The position numbers and the translations under genes were made by a program. Positions 17,554 to 26,538 of a DNA stretch of 64,000 nucleotides are shown piece after piece; the stretch's first letter is position 1; every line of letters begins with the position of its first letter. The notes under the pieces are model-generated. The model searched no databases. It was not told the DNA's origin and saw nothing but the letters and a program-made list of their open reading frames with translations. The stretch is from an uncultured Burkholderiales bacterium (GTDB lineage Bacteria; Pseudomonadota; Gammaproteobacteria; Burkholderiales; Burkholderiaceae_C). The stretch lies in NCBI GenBank assembly GCA_937864005.1, contig CALMIL010000025.1, positions 2,162 through 66,161 on the forward strand, read 5' to 3'.

Positions 17554-17819
17554 GAGGTTGAGAGGCAACCCAATGCACCCGCGTAAGCCCCCAGAACAGG
17601 CTCAAACAAGGCGCAAACCGGAGCTGGGTTCGGAACCCAGCGAGGATTTGAAACGCGGGGTGAGCCTGTTCTGGGGGCTTACCCGCAGGGCCAGGGTATC
17701 CAAGGGCCCTGCGCGACGTTGCATCGCTTGCCCGCACGCGAGTGCGGGCAGCGCGCTGCGCCTTGCTCAGGGCCCTTGGCCACCCCGGCGCGGGCGCATT
17801 GGGTTGCCCCTCAACCTCT
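17553..17819. repeat. 267-bp nested inverted-repeat element (MITE/REP-like or structured RNA) between the glycosyltransferase stop and xrtA
   Basis: The 31-bp terminal arms 17553-17583 and 17789-17819 are reverse complements at 29/31 positions. Inside is a perfect 21-bp pair (17584-17604 / 17661-17681) enclosing the hairpin CTGGGTT-cgg-AACCCAG. A perfect 12-bp pair (17700-17711 / 17768-17779) encloses the hairpin GCCCGCAC-gcga-GTGCGGGC. Confidence 0.8.
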
Positions 17820-17838
17820 GAGCGGACATGGAAGCAAC

Positions 17839-19422
17839 ATGAGCACCGTCGCTGCCGACCTGCGCACCGCCTCCGGATGGCGAGCCGCCTTGCCCGCGTT
17901 CATGGCGCTCGTGGCGGCGATCCTTCTGCTCTATCGCGAAACCGCGATGGCGATGGTCGGCATCTGGTGGCGCTCGGAGACCTTCACCCATGCCTTCCTC
18001 GTCGTGCCGATCGCCTTGTGGCTGGTCTGGCGCAAGCGCGAACAACTCGCCGCCCTCACGCCACGCGCGCAGCCCTGGGTGTTGCTGCCGCTGCTCGCGG
18101 CGGCGGTGGTCTGGTTCGTGTCGGATCTGGTCGTCGTCAACGCCGCGTCGCAGTTCGCGTTCGTGGCGATGCTCGTTCTGGCCGTGCCGGCGGTGCTGGG
18201 CCTCGAAGTGGCGCTCACGATCCTCTTCCCGTTGCTGTTCCTGTTCTTCGCCGTGCCGTTCGGCGAGTTCGTCGTGCCCGTCTTGATGGAGTGGACGGCC
18301 GATTTCACCGTCACTGCGCTTCGAGCGACCGGCGTGCCGGTCTTTCGCGAGGGACAGCACTTCATCATTCCATCGGGCAGTTGGTCGGTGATCGACGAAT
18401 GCAGCGGCGTGCGCTACCTGATGGCGTCGTTCATGGTCGGAACGCTCTTTGCGTACCTCAACTACAGCTCGTACCTGCGGCGCGCGGTCTTCATGCTGCT
18501 CTCGATCCTGGTGCCGATCGTCGCCAACTGGCTGCGCGCCTACATGATCGTGATGCTCGCTCACCTGTCGGACAACACGATCGCCACCGGCGTCGATCAC
18601 ATCCTGTACGGCTGGGTCTTCTTCGGCGCGATCATCTTCATCCTCTACATCGTCGGCGCCCGCTGGTCGCAGCCCGACGCGGCGCCGGCAAGCGCGGGCA
18701 CGCCCGGCAGGATGCGCGGCTTCGGCGGCACCGGATCCGCGTCGACCCGCGTGATGCTCGCCACCGCGCTCGGCGCTGCCGTCATCGTCACCCTGCCCCC
18801 GCTCGCCGTCGGCGGCCTGCAGCGCGCCGAAGGCACCGCCGCCGCGGCCACCGTCGATCTGCCGATGCACCTGGCCGGCGGCTGGTCCGCCGAAGGTGCC
18901 CAAATCGCCTCATGGACGCCGATGTTCGGCGACCCCTCCGCCGCCGCGAACCAGGTCTATGCAGGCCCGGCAGGCACGGTAGGCGTCCACCTTGCCTACT
19001 ACCGCGGCCAGGGCGAGGGCCGCAAGGTGGTCAGCTCGCAGAACATGCTCGTCGGCATGCGCGATCGCGAGTGGAGCCTGCCGGTCGTCGGCGATGACCG
19101 CACCGTCGCGATGGGGCCGCAGGCCGTCACGGTGCGCACAGCCGAGATCCTCGGCCAACCGCAGGCCGGCTCCGAGCACCGGCCGCACCTCGTCGTCTGG
19201 CGCTTCTACTGGATCGACGGCCGCTTCATCGCAGGCGATGCCGCAGCCAAGATTGCCGGCGTGCTGGCGCGGCTGCGGGGCCACGGCGACGAGGGCGCGG
19301 CGATCGTTCTCTACGCCGACGGCAAGACGGTGGCGGCGTCGAACGCCGCGCTCGAAGCCTTCATGCAGGCCAATCTGGGCAGCTTCGAGACGCTGTTGCG
19401 GCGCACGCGCGACGCGCGCTGA
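17839..19422 (+). CDS. xrtA: Exosortase A (XrtA) fused to an EpsI-family domain
   Basis: The ATG at 17839 gives MSTVAADLRTASGW...YRETAMAMVGIWWRSETFTHAFLVVPIALWLVW. There are about 8 TM helices with exosortase catalytic contexts VIDECSGVRYL (Cys), VANWLRAY (Arg) and VDHILYGWVFF (His). The C-terminal ~200 aa (...WTPMFGDPSAAANQVYAG...VHLAYYRGQGEGRKVVSSQN...) look like EpsI. The upstream 40 codons of the track ORF lie inside the palindromic element. Confidence 0.85.
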   Translation: MSTVAADLRTASGWRAALPAFMALVAAILLLYRETAMAMVGIWWRSETFTHAFLVVPIALWLVWRKREQLAALTPRAQPWVLLPLLAAAVVWFVSDLVVVNAASQFAFVAMLVLAVPAVLGLEVALTILFPLLFLFFAVPFGEFVVPVLMEWTADFTVTALRATGVPVFREGQHFIIPSGSWSVIDECSGVRYLMASFMVGTLFAYLNYSSYLRRAVFMLLSILVPIVANWLRAYMIVMLAHLSDNTIATGVDHILYGWVFFGAIIFILYIVGARWSQPDAAPASAGTPGRMRGFGGTGSASTRVMLATALGAAVIVTLPPLAVGGLQRAEGTAAAATVDLPMHLAGGWSAEGAQIASWTPMFGDPSAAANQVYAGPAGTVGVHLAYYRGQGEGRKVVSSQNMLVGMRDREWSLPVVGDDRTVAMGPQAVTVRTAEILGQPQAGSEHRPHLVVWRFYWIDGRFIAGDAAAKIAGVLARLRGHGDEGAAIVLYADGKTVAASNAALEAFMQANLGSFETLLRRTRDAR

Positions 19423-19448
19423 CAAACGGCGTGCAGCTTGATCACGGC

Positions 19449-20615
19449 ATGACCGCCGCCGGCCGAGAGGACGCCAGGCCGCTCGTGCTCCACCTCGTCT
19501 ACCGTTTCGACACCGGCGGCTTGGAGAACGGCGTCGTCAACCTGATCAATCACATGCCGGCATCTGCTTACCGGCACGCCGTGGTGGCGCTGACCGAAGT
19601 CGAACCCGCCTTCGCGCGCCGCATCGAGCGCGACGACGTCACCTTCGTCTCGCTGCACAAGCCGCCCGGTCACGCAGCGAAGTTGTACCCACGGCTGGCT
19701 GCCCTGTTTCGCGAACTGCGGCCCGCGATCGTCCACACCCGCAACCTCGCCGCGCTGGAGTGCCAGGTTCCCGCAGCGTGGGCCCGCGTGCCCGGGCGCA
19801 TCCACGGCGAGCATGGCCGCGACGTCGACGACCTCGACGGTACGCGCGTGCGCTACCAGTGGCTGCGCCGCGCGTACCGGCCCTTCGTCCATCGCTACGT
19901 GGCACTCTCGCGCGATCTGGCCGGCTATCTCGAACACAAGGTCGGCGTGCCGGCGCAACGCATCGCGCAGATCTACAACGGCGTCGATGTCGAGCGCTTC
20001 ATTGCGCGGCCGCGGCGGCGCCCGCAAATCGCGGGCTGCCCGTTCGTGGACCCTGAATTGATCGTTGTCGGCACGGTCGGCCGCATGCAGACGGTCAAGG
20101 CGCAAACCTTTCTCGCTCGCGCTTTCATCCGTGCGCTCGAACTCCAGCCCGCGTTGCACGAACGGCTGCGGCTGGTGATGGTCGGCGAGGGCCCGCTGCG
20201 GGCCGAGGCGCAGGAGATGCTCGACGCCGCCGGTGTCGGCCACCTGGCGTGGCTGCCCGGCGAGCGCGCCGACGTGCCCGATGTGATGCGCGGGCTCGAC
20301 TGCTTCGTGCTGCCGTCGCTCGCCGAAGGCGTCTCGAACACGATTCTGGAAGCGATGGCGAGCGGCCTTCCCGTGATCGCGACGAACGTGGGCGGCAACG
20401 CCGAACTGGTCGTGCCCAGAGAAACGGGGGAGATCGTTCCAGCCACCGACTCGGAAGCGCTCGCGGCCAGCCTGATCCGCCTGGCTGCCGATCCGGCGCG
20501 AGCCGCCGCGATGGGCCTTGCAGGTCTGGCTGTTGCCAGGCAGCGCTTCAGTCTGCCGGCGATGGTCGCCGCCTACCAAGGCTTGTACGACCGGCTGCTG
20601 AAGGGCTCGACGTGA
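19449..20615 (+). CDS. GT4-family glycosyltransferase (PEP-CTERM/EpsH1-associated sugar transferase 2 type)
   Basis: LVLHLVYRFDTGGLENGVVNLINHM N-terminus; E-x7-E region LAEGVSNTILEAMASGLPVIATNVGGNAELV. Confidence 0.8.
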   Translation: MTAAGREDARPLVLHLVYRFDTGGLENGVVNLINHMPASAYRHAVVALTEVEPAFARRIERDDVTFVSLHKPPGHAAKLYPRLAALFRELRPAIVHTRNLAALECQVPAAWARVPGRIHGEHGRDVDDLDGTRVRYQWLRRAYRPFVHRYVALSRDLAGYLEHKVGVPAQRIAQIYNGVDVERFIARPRRRPQIAGCPFVDPELIVVGTVGRMQTVKAQTFLARAFIRALELQPALHERLRLVMVGEGPLRAEAQEMLDAAGVGHLAWLPGERADVPDVMRGLDCFVLPSLAEGVSNTILEAMASGLPVIATNVGGNAELVVPRETGEIVPATDSEALAASLIRLAADPARAAAMGLAGLAVARQRFSLPAMVAAYQGLYDRLLKGST

Positions 20616-20833
20616 ATCCTCGTCGGCCTCGCAAATCGGCCGCACGCAGCGGCCGCGACCGTGCGGATGTCATGCACACCCAATACTGTTGCCTCGGTTT
20701 GCGCCCGGTTGTAAGCATTTCCAATACCATTCCGCCAAGGCCGCTCGGCGCGCGCTCTTGACGCTCGCAGTCCGGGCGCTACGCCTCTTCCTGCCCCCGC
20801 TGACCACGCAAGACCATCCCCCCACTGACCACC

Positions 20834-22774
20834 ATGTGCGGCATCACCGGCATCTTCGACACTCGCGGCGAGCGTGCGATCGACCGCGGCGCGCTGCAGC
20901 GCATGAACGACTCGCAGTTCCACCGCGGCCCGGACGAAGGCAGCGTGCATGTCGAGCCCGGCCTCGGCTTCGGCCACCGGCGCCTGTCGATCATCGACAT
21001 CGCCACCGGCCAGCAGCCGCTGTTCAACGAAGACGGCTCCGTCATCGTCGTCTTCAACGGCGAGATCTACAACTTCCAGGAACTGATTCCCGAACTGCAG
21101 GCCGCCGGCCATCGCTTCCACACCAGGAGCGACACCGAGGTCATCGTCCACGCGTGGGAGCAATGGGGCGAGGCGTGCGTAGAGCGTTTTCGCGGCATGT
21201 TCGCCTTCGCACTGTGGGACCGCAACCGGCAGACGCTCTTCATGGCGCGCGACCGGCTGGGCGTGAAGCCCCTGTACTACGCGCTGCTGGACGACGGCAG
21301 GCTGCTGTTCGGCTCCGAACTCAAGGCGCTGCTCGCGCACGGCGGCCTGAGGCGCGACATCGACCCGCTGGCGGTGGAGGAGTATTTCGCGCTCGGCTAC
21401 GTGGCCGAGCCGCGCACGATCTTCCGCCAGGCGAAGAAGCTGCCGCCGGCGCATTCGCTGGTGATTCGCCGCGGCGAGCCGATGGGTGAGCCCAGGCCGT
21501 ACTGGGACGTGCGCTTCACGCTCGGCAGCCCGATCAGCGCCGAAGACGCCTGCGCCGAGTTGGTTCATCGCCTGCAGGAATCGGTCAGGCTGCGCATGAT
21601 CGCGGAGGTACCACTGGGCGCCTTCCTGTCGGGCGGCGTCGATTCCAGCGCCGTGGTGGCGACGATGGCGGGCCTGTCGGACGGCCCCGTGAACACCTGC
21701 TCGATCGCCTTCGACGACCCCAAGTTCAACGAGAGCGCGTTCGCGCAAATGGTGGCCGACCGCTACCGTACCGACCACCGCGTGGAGACCGTCAAGAGCG
21801 ACGACTTCGACCTCATCGATACGCTGGCCCGCCTGTACGACGAGCCCTATGCCGACAGCTCGGCGATCCCCACCTACCGCGTCTGCCAACTCGCGCGCAA
21901 GCACGTGACGGTCGCGCTCTCGGGCGACGGCGGCGACGAGACCTTCGGCGGCTACCGCCGCTACCGCCTGCACCTGATGGAAGAGCGCATGCGCTCTGCA
22001 CTGCCCGCCGGCATCCGCCAGCCGCTCTTCGGGCTGCTCGGCCGCGCCTACCCCAAGGCCGACTGGGCGCCGCGCGTGTTGCGCGCCAAGACCACGTTCG
22101 AAGGCATGGCGCGCACTTCGGTGGAGGCGTACTTCCACTCGGTGTCGATCCTGCGCGGCCCGATGCGCGCGCGACTCTTCAGCGATGCGCTCGAGCATGA
22201 GCTGTCCGGCTACAGCGCGCAAGAGGTGTTCGACTTGCACGCCGGCCGCGCCGGCACCGACGACCCGCTGGCACTGATCCAGTACCTCGACATGAAGACC
22301 TATCTGGTGGGCGACATCAACACCAAGGTCGACCGCGCCAGCATGGCGCATTCGCTCGAGGTGCGCGAGCCGCTGATGGACCACAAGCTCATCGAATGGC
22401 TGGCGACCTTGCCGTCATCCCTGAAGGTGCGCGGGCAGGAAGGCAAGTTCCTTCTCAAGAAGGCGATGGAGCCGCAACTGCCGAACGACGTGCTGTACCG
22501 GCCGAAGATGGGCTTCAGCGTCCCGCTGGCGCGCTGGTTCCGCGGGCCGCTGAAGCAGCGCGTGCGCAGCGCCGTGCTCGGCGAGCGGCTCGCGTCGACC
22601 GGCTGGTTCAACCGCGGCTACCTGCAGCACCTTGTCGATGCCCACCAGAGCGGCGCCAGCGACTACAGCTCGCCGCTGTGGACGCTGCTGATGTTCGAGG
22701 CGTTCCTGCGCAACGTGGTCGACGGCGCCACCGCAGCGCCGGCCGTTGCGCATGACGCGCAAGCCCTGGCATGA
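20834..22774 (+). CDS. Glutamine-hydrolysing asparagine synthase family amidotransferase (XrtA-system amidotransferase type)
   Basis: N-terminal nucleophile MCGITGIF, HRGPDE, and the PP-loop AFLSGGVDSSAVV. 646 aa. Confidence 0.9.
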   Translation: MCGITGIFDTRGERAIDRGALQRMNDSQFHRGPDEGSVHVEPGLGFGHRRLSIIDIATGQQPLFNEDGSVIVVFNGEIYNFQELIPELQAAGHRFHTRSDTEVIVHAWEQWGEACVERFRGMFAFALWDRNRQTLFMARDRLGVKPLYYALLDDGRLLFGSELKALLAHGGLRRDIDPLAVEEYFALGYVAEPRTIFRQAKKLPPAHSLVIRRGEPMGEPRPYWDVRFTLGSPISAEDACAELVHRLQESVRLRMIAEVPLGAFLSGGVDSSAVVATMAGLSDGPVNTCSIAFDDPKFNESAFAQMVADRYRTDHRVETVKSDDFDLIDTLARLYDEPYADSSAIPTYRVCQLARKHVTVALSGDGGDETFGGYRRYRLHLMEERMRSALPAGIRQPLFGLLGRAYPKADWAPRVLRAKTTFEGMARTSVEAYFHSVSILRGPMRARLFSDALEHELSGYSAQEVFDLHAGRAGTDDPLALIQYLDMKTYLVGDINTKVDRASMAHSLEVREPLMDHKLIEWLATLPSSLKVRGQEGKFLLKKAMEPQLPNDVLYRPKMGFSVPLARWFRGPLKQRVRSAVLGERLASTGWFNRGYLQHLVDAHQSGASDYSSPLWTLLMFEAFLRNVVDGATAAPAVAHDAQALA

Positions 22775-23991
22775 CCCTGCGAATCCTGCACGTGCTCGAT
22801 CACTCCCTGCCGCTTCACAGCGGCTACACGTTTCGCACGCTCGCGATCCTGCGTGAGCAGCGCAAGCTGGGCTGGGAGACATTCCACCTCACGAGCCCGA
22901 AGCACACCGCCACCGAGGCGCTGGAAGAGACCGTCGACGGCTGGCACTTCTACCGCACCCCGGCGGCGGCGCACGCCTCGATGTTCCCCGGGCTCGACGA
23001 GATGGCGCTGATGCGCAAGACCGAACGGCGCCTGGCGCAGGTGGCCGAGGCTGTGGCGCCGCACATCCTGCACGCGCATTCGCCGGTGCTCAACGCCATC
23101 CCTGCGCTGCGCGTGGGCAAGCGCCTGGGCATCCCGGTGGTCTATGAAGTGCGCGCCTTCTGGGAAGACGCCGCCGTCGACCACGGCACCACCGCCGAAG
23201 GCAGCCTGCGCTACGGCCTGACGCGACGCCTGGAGACGCACGCTCTGCGCCGCGCCGCGCACGTGTTCACGATCTGCGAGGGGTTGCGCAATGACATTGC
23301 CGGGCGCGGCATCCCGGCCGACAAGGTCAGCGTGATCCCCAACGCCGTCGACATCCGATCGTTCGAACCCGGCGGTACCCCGGACGAAGCGCTGAAGGCG
23401 CGACTCGGCCTGGCGGGCACGACGGTGGTCGGCTTCATCGGCAGCTTCTACGCCTACGAAGGGCTGGACCTGCTGCTGGCCGCGCTGCCCGCGCTGTTGC
23501 AGCGCCGTCCGGACGTGCGCGTGCTGCTCGTCGGCGGCGGCCCGCAGGAGGCCGCGCTGAAGGCGCAGGCGCAGGCGCTCGGCGTGGCCGACAAGGTCGC
23601 CTTCACCGGCCGCGTGCCGCACGCCGAAGTGCAGCGCTACTACGACCTGGTCGACGTGCTCGCCTACCCGCGCCACAGCATGCGCCTCACGGAACTCGTC
23701 ACGCCGCTGAAACCGCTGGAAGCCATGGCCCAGGGCCGGCTGCTCGTGGCAAGCGACGTGGGCGGGCACAGGGAACTGATCCGCGACGGGCAGACCGGCG
23801 TGCTGTTCCGGGCGGGGAGTGCCGATGCGTTGGCAACGGCCGTACTCGGGCTGCTCGAGCGGCGTGGCGATTGGCCGGCGCTTCGTGCGGCCGGGCGGCG
23901 CTTCGTCGAGACCGAGCGCAACTGGGCGCGCAGCGTGGCGAACTATCGCCGGCCCTACGAGGCCCTCGTCGAGCGGGCCGAAGCGGCGTGA
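22771..23991 (+). CDS. GT4-family glycosyltransferase (exosortase-A-associated type)
   Basis: The ATG overlaps the upstream stop (ATGA). LRILHVLDHSLPLHSGYTFRT N-terminus; PLKPLEAMAQGRLLVASDVGGHRELI C-terminal motif. Confidence 0.8.
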   Translation: MTLRILHVLDHSLPLHSGYTFRTLAILREQRKLGWETFHLTSPKHTATEALEETVDGWHFYRTPAAAHASMFPGLDEMALMRKTERRLAQVAEAVAPHILHAHSPVLNAIPALRVGKRLGIPVVYEVRAFWEDAAVDHGTTAEGSLRYGLTRRLETHALRRAAHVFTICEGLRNDIAGRGIPADKVSVIPNAVDIRSFEPGGTPDEALKARLGLAGTTVVGFIGSFYAYEGLDLLLAALPALLQRRPDVRVLLVGGGPQEAALKAQAQALGVADKVAFTGRVPHAEVQRYYDLVDVLAYPRHSMRLTELVTPLKPLEAMAQGRLLVASDVGGHRELIRDGQTGVLFRAGSADALATAVLGLLERRGDWPALRAAGRRFVETERNWARSVANYRRPYEALVERAEAA

Positions 23992-23996
23992 CGGCA

Positions 23997-25073
23997 ATGG
24001 CTGGCATGCGCATCGGGCTCGTCGGCCCTTTGCCGCCGCCGGCAGGCGGCATGGCGATGCAGACGCAGCAACTCGTCGAGCTGTTGCGGGGCGAACGCGC
24101 CGACGTGCTGCTCGTGCCCACCAATCTGCCGTACCGCCCGGCCTGGGTCGAACGCCTGCATGGCGTGCGCGCCCTGTTTCGGATGTTCCCGTTCCTGGTC
24201 GCGCTGTGGCGTGCCGCCGGGCGCAGCGATGTCATGCACGTGATGGCCAACTCCGGCTGGTCGTGGCATCTCTTCGCAGCGCCGGCGATCTGGGTCGCTT
24301 CGCTGCGGCGCGTACCCGTGATCGTCAACTACCGCGGCGGCGAGGCCGCGACATTTCTTCAGCGGTCGGCGGGACTGGTGCGCGCGACGATGCGTCGCGC
24401 TTCGCGGCTGGTCGTTCCTTCGAGTTTCCTGCAGGAAGTATTCGCCCGCCACCAGATGGCTGCCGACGTGGTACCGAACATCATCGATCTGGCGCGGTTT
24501 CACCCCGCAGAGCCGTGCGCGACAGTGCAACTGATCGTCGCGCGCAACCTGGAGCCGATCTACGACAACGCCACGGCGCTGCGTGCGTTCGCGCAGGTGC
24601 TTACAGAGTACCGCGACGCGCGCCTCGTCGTGGCCGGCACCGGCCCCGAGGAACCTGCACTGCGGCGCCTCGCAGCCGAGTTGGGAATTGCCGAGCGGGT
24701 GCATTTCGCCGGTCGCCTGGAACGCGAAGCGATGGCCCGGCTGTTGCGCGAGAGCCGCGTCGCGCTCAACCCGAGCCTGGCAGACAACATGCCGAACTCG
24801 GTGCTCGAGGCACTTGCCAGCGGCGTGCCCGTCGTCAGCACGAACGTCGGCGGGGTGCCCCATATCGTGGCGGACGAAGAGTCGGCGCTATTGGTGCCGC
24901 CCGCCGATCCCACGGCGATGGCCGGTGCCGTCTTGCGATTGCTGCATGAGCCCGCGCTGGCAGAGCGACTGCGGGCCGCAGGGCTGCGCAGCGTGGCCGC
25001 GTATACGTGGGAGCAAGTGGGCCCGCGTTGGGGCGCGGCGTACCGATGTGCGTTGACGCAGGGGCGGCAATGA
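23997..25073 (+). CDS. GT4-family glycosyltransferase
   Basis: The ATG at 23997 lies 5 nt after the upstream stop (MAGMRIGLVGPLPPPAGGMA...). Motif DNMPNSVLEALASGVPVVSTNVGGVPHIV. The first 42 codons of the track ORF overlap the previous gene. Confidence 0.75.
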   Translation: MAGMRIGLVGPLPPPAGGMAMQTQQLVELLRGERADVLLVPTNLPYRPAWVERLHGVRALFRMFPFLVALWRAAGRSDVMHVMANSGWSWHLFAAPAIWVASLRRVPVIVNYRGGEAATFLQRSAGLVRATMRRASRLVVPSSFLQEVFARHQMAADVVPNIIDLARFHPAEPCATVQLIVARNLEPIYDNATALRAFAQVLTEYRDARLVVAGTGPEEPALRRLAAELGIAERVHFAGRLEREAMARLLRESRVALNPSLADNMPNSVLEALASGVPVVSTNVGGVPHIVADEESALLVPPADPTAMAGAVLRLLHEPALAERLRAAGLRSVAAYTWEQVGPRWGAAYRCALTQGRQ

Positions 25074-25130
25074 AGCCGCGCGGGTTGATAAAGGTCGACC
25101 AAGCAGCGCACGCCGGCGCCAGAGGCAGCC

Positions 25131-26441
25131 ATGCGTGACCTTCTCATTGCCTTCATCGTCTTCGGGTCCCTGCCCTTCATCCTGAAGCGGCCCTTCTGGG
25201 GCATCCTGATGCTGGCCTGGCTGGGTTACATGAACCCGCACCGCCTGTGCTACGGCTTCATGCTCGACATGCCCGTCGTGCAGATCGTGGCGATCACGAC
25301 GTTGATCGCCATGTTGGCTTCGCACGAAGTCAAACGCATGGTCTGGAGCCGTGAAATCGTGGTGCTCTTGATATTCATCGCCTGGATGGGCGTGACGACC
25401 ACCCAGGCCCTGTTCTTCGATCTGGCCATGGATCAGTACGTGAAGGTGATCAAGATCCAGATCCTGACCTTCATGACCCTGCTGATGCTCACGTCGCGCG
25501 AGCGGGTGCACCTCTTCGTCTGGGCCATCGTTCTCTCGATCGGCTTCTACGGCATCAAGGGCGGCATATTTACCGTGCTGAACGGAGGGGTCTACCGGGT
25601 GCAAGGCCCCGTCGGCACCTTCATCGAGGGAAACAACGAACTCGCGCTCGCGCTGATCATGACGATTCCGCTCATTCGCTACCTGCAACTGCAGGAGAAG
25701 AGCAAGCTCGTCAGGCTCGGCTTGGCGATCGGCATGACCTTGACGGCGTTGGCGGCGGTGGGCAGCCAGTCGCGCGGCGCCCTCGTGGGCATGGCGGCGA
25801 TGGGGACGATGTTCTGGCTCAAGAGCCGCAACAAGTTTGCGACCGCTTTCCTCATCATCGTTGCCGCTGTGGTCGTGACTCAGGTCATGCCCGAAGAGTG
25901 GTACGAGCGCATGAACACCATCGAGACCTACGACGAAGATGCTTCTGCTCGAGGGCGCATCAACATGTGGTGGATGGCATGGAACCTGGCCAACGACCGG
26001 ATCTTCGGGGGCGGCTTCGAGTTCTGGCGCGTCCTGTTGTTCAGCAGTTACGCGCCAGACCCGACCAACATCCGGGCCGCGCACAGCATCTACTTCCAGG
26101 TCTTGGGCGACCACGGTTGGGTCGGCCTTGTCTTGTTCCTGGCGCTGCTGTGGCTGACGTGGCGCAAGTGCAGCGCGGTAATCCGTCTGGCGAAGCAGCA
26201 AGCCGACGCCACCTGGGCGCGCGACCTCGCAGCCATGCTGCAAGTCAGCATCGTGGCGTACATGTCGGCGGGCGCCTTCCTGGGGCTGGCCTACTTCGAC
26301 TACATCTACCACCTCATCGCCGTCGCTGTCGTCGTCCATGCCCTGCTGACCAGACCGCAGTTGGTGGCAACCGATCCCGTCAAGAGTGGGACCGAGATGT
26401 CCTCACCCGTTGCGTCGGTGAACGCACCCGCCCGGCGCTGA
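25131..26441 (+). CDS. O-antigen ligase/polymerase-family membrane protein (exosortase-A-associated putative O-glycosylation ligase type)
   Basis: About 10-12 TM helices. N-terminus MRDLLIAFIVFGSLPFILKRPFWGILMLAWLGYMNPHRL. Wzy_C-like loop AAVGSQSRGALVGMA. Confidence 0.8.
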   Translation: MRDLLIAFIVFGSLPFILKRPFWGILMLAWLGYMNPHRLCYGFMLDMPVVQIVAITTLIAMLASHEVKRMVWSREIVVLLIFIAWMGVTTTQALFFDLAMDQYVKVIKIQILTFMTLLMLTSRERVHLFVWAIVLSIGFYGIKGGIFTVLNGGVYRVQGPVGTFIEGNNELALALIMTIPLIRYLQLQEKSKLVRLGLAIGMTLTALAAVGSQSRGALVGMAAMGTMFWLKSRNKFATAFLIIVAAVVVTQVMPEEWYERMNTIETYDEDASARGRINMWWMAWNLANDRIFGGGFEFWRVLLFSSYAPDPTNIRAAHSIYFQVLGDHGWVGLVLFLALLWLTWRKCSAVIRLAKQQADATWARDLAAMLQVSIVAYMSAGAFLGLAYFDYIYHLIAVAVVVHALLTRPQLVATDPVKSGTEMSSPVASVNAPARR

Positions 26442-26538
26442 ACGCTGGGAAAGGCAAAGTGTGCCGTTCGACTGCATGAATCGTCGGCTCGATCAACAGT
26501 CGTTCGCGTAGCTCGACTTCCACGAAAACTCAAAGCGA

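Noticed and set aside
17625-17641. tRNA-like T-arm (CTGGG-TTCGGAA-CCCAG) that might indicate a tRNA or tRNA-derived element.
   Set aside because: The loop lacks the conserved A58 position pattern (TTCGGAA rather than TTCRANY with A58). No acceptor stem, D-arm or anticodon arm can be built from the flanking sequence.
17558-17821. 87-aa ORF inside the palindromic element, plus the N-terminal 40 codons of the 17719-19422 ORF.
   Set aside because: The element is a nested palindrome, so similar pseudo-peptides (RGNPM.PR...) appear on both strands. I see no RBS and no coding signature.
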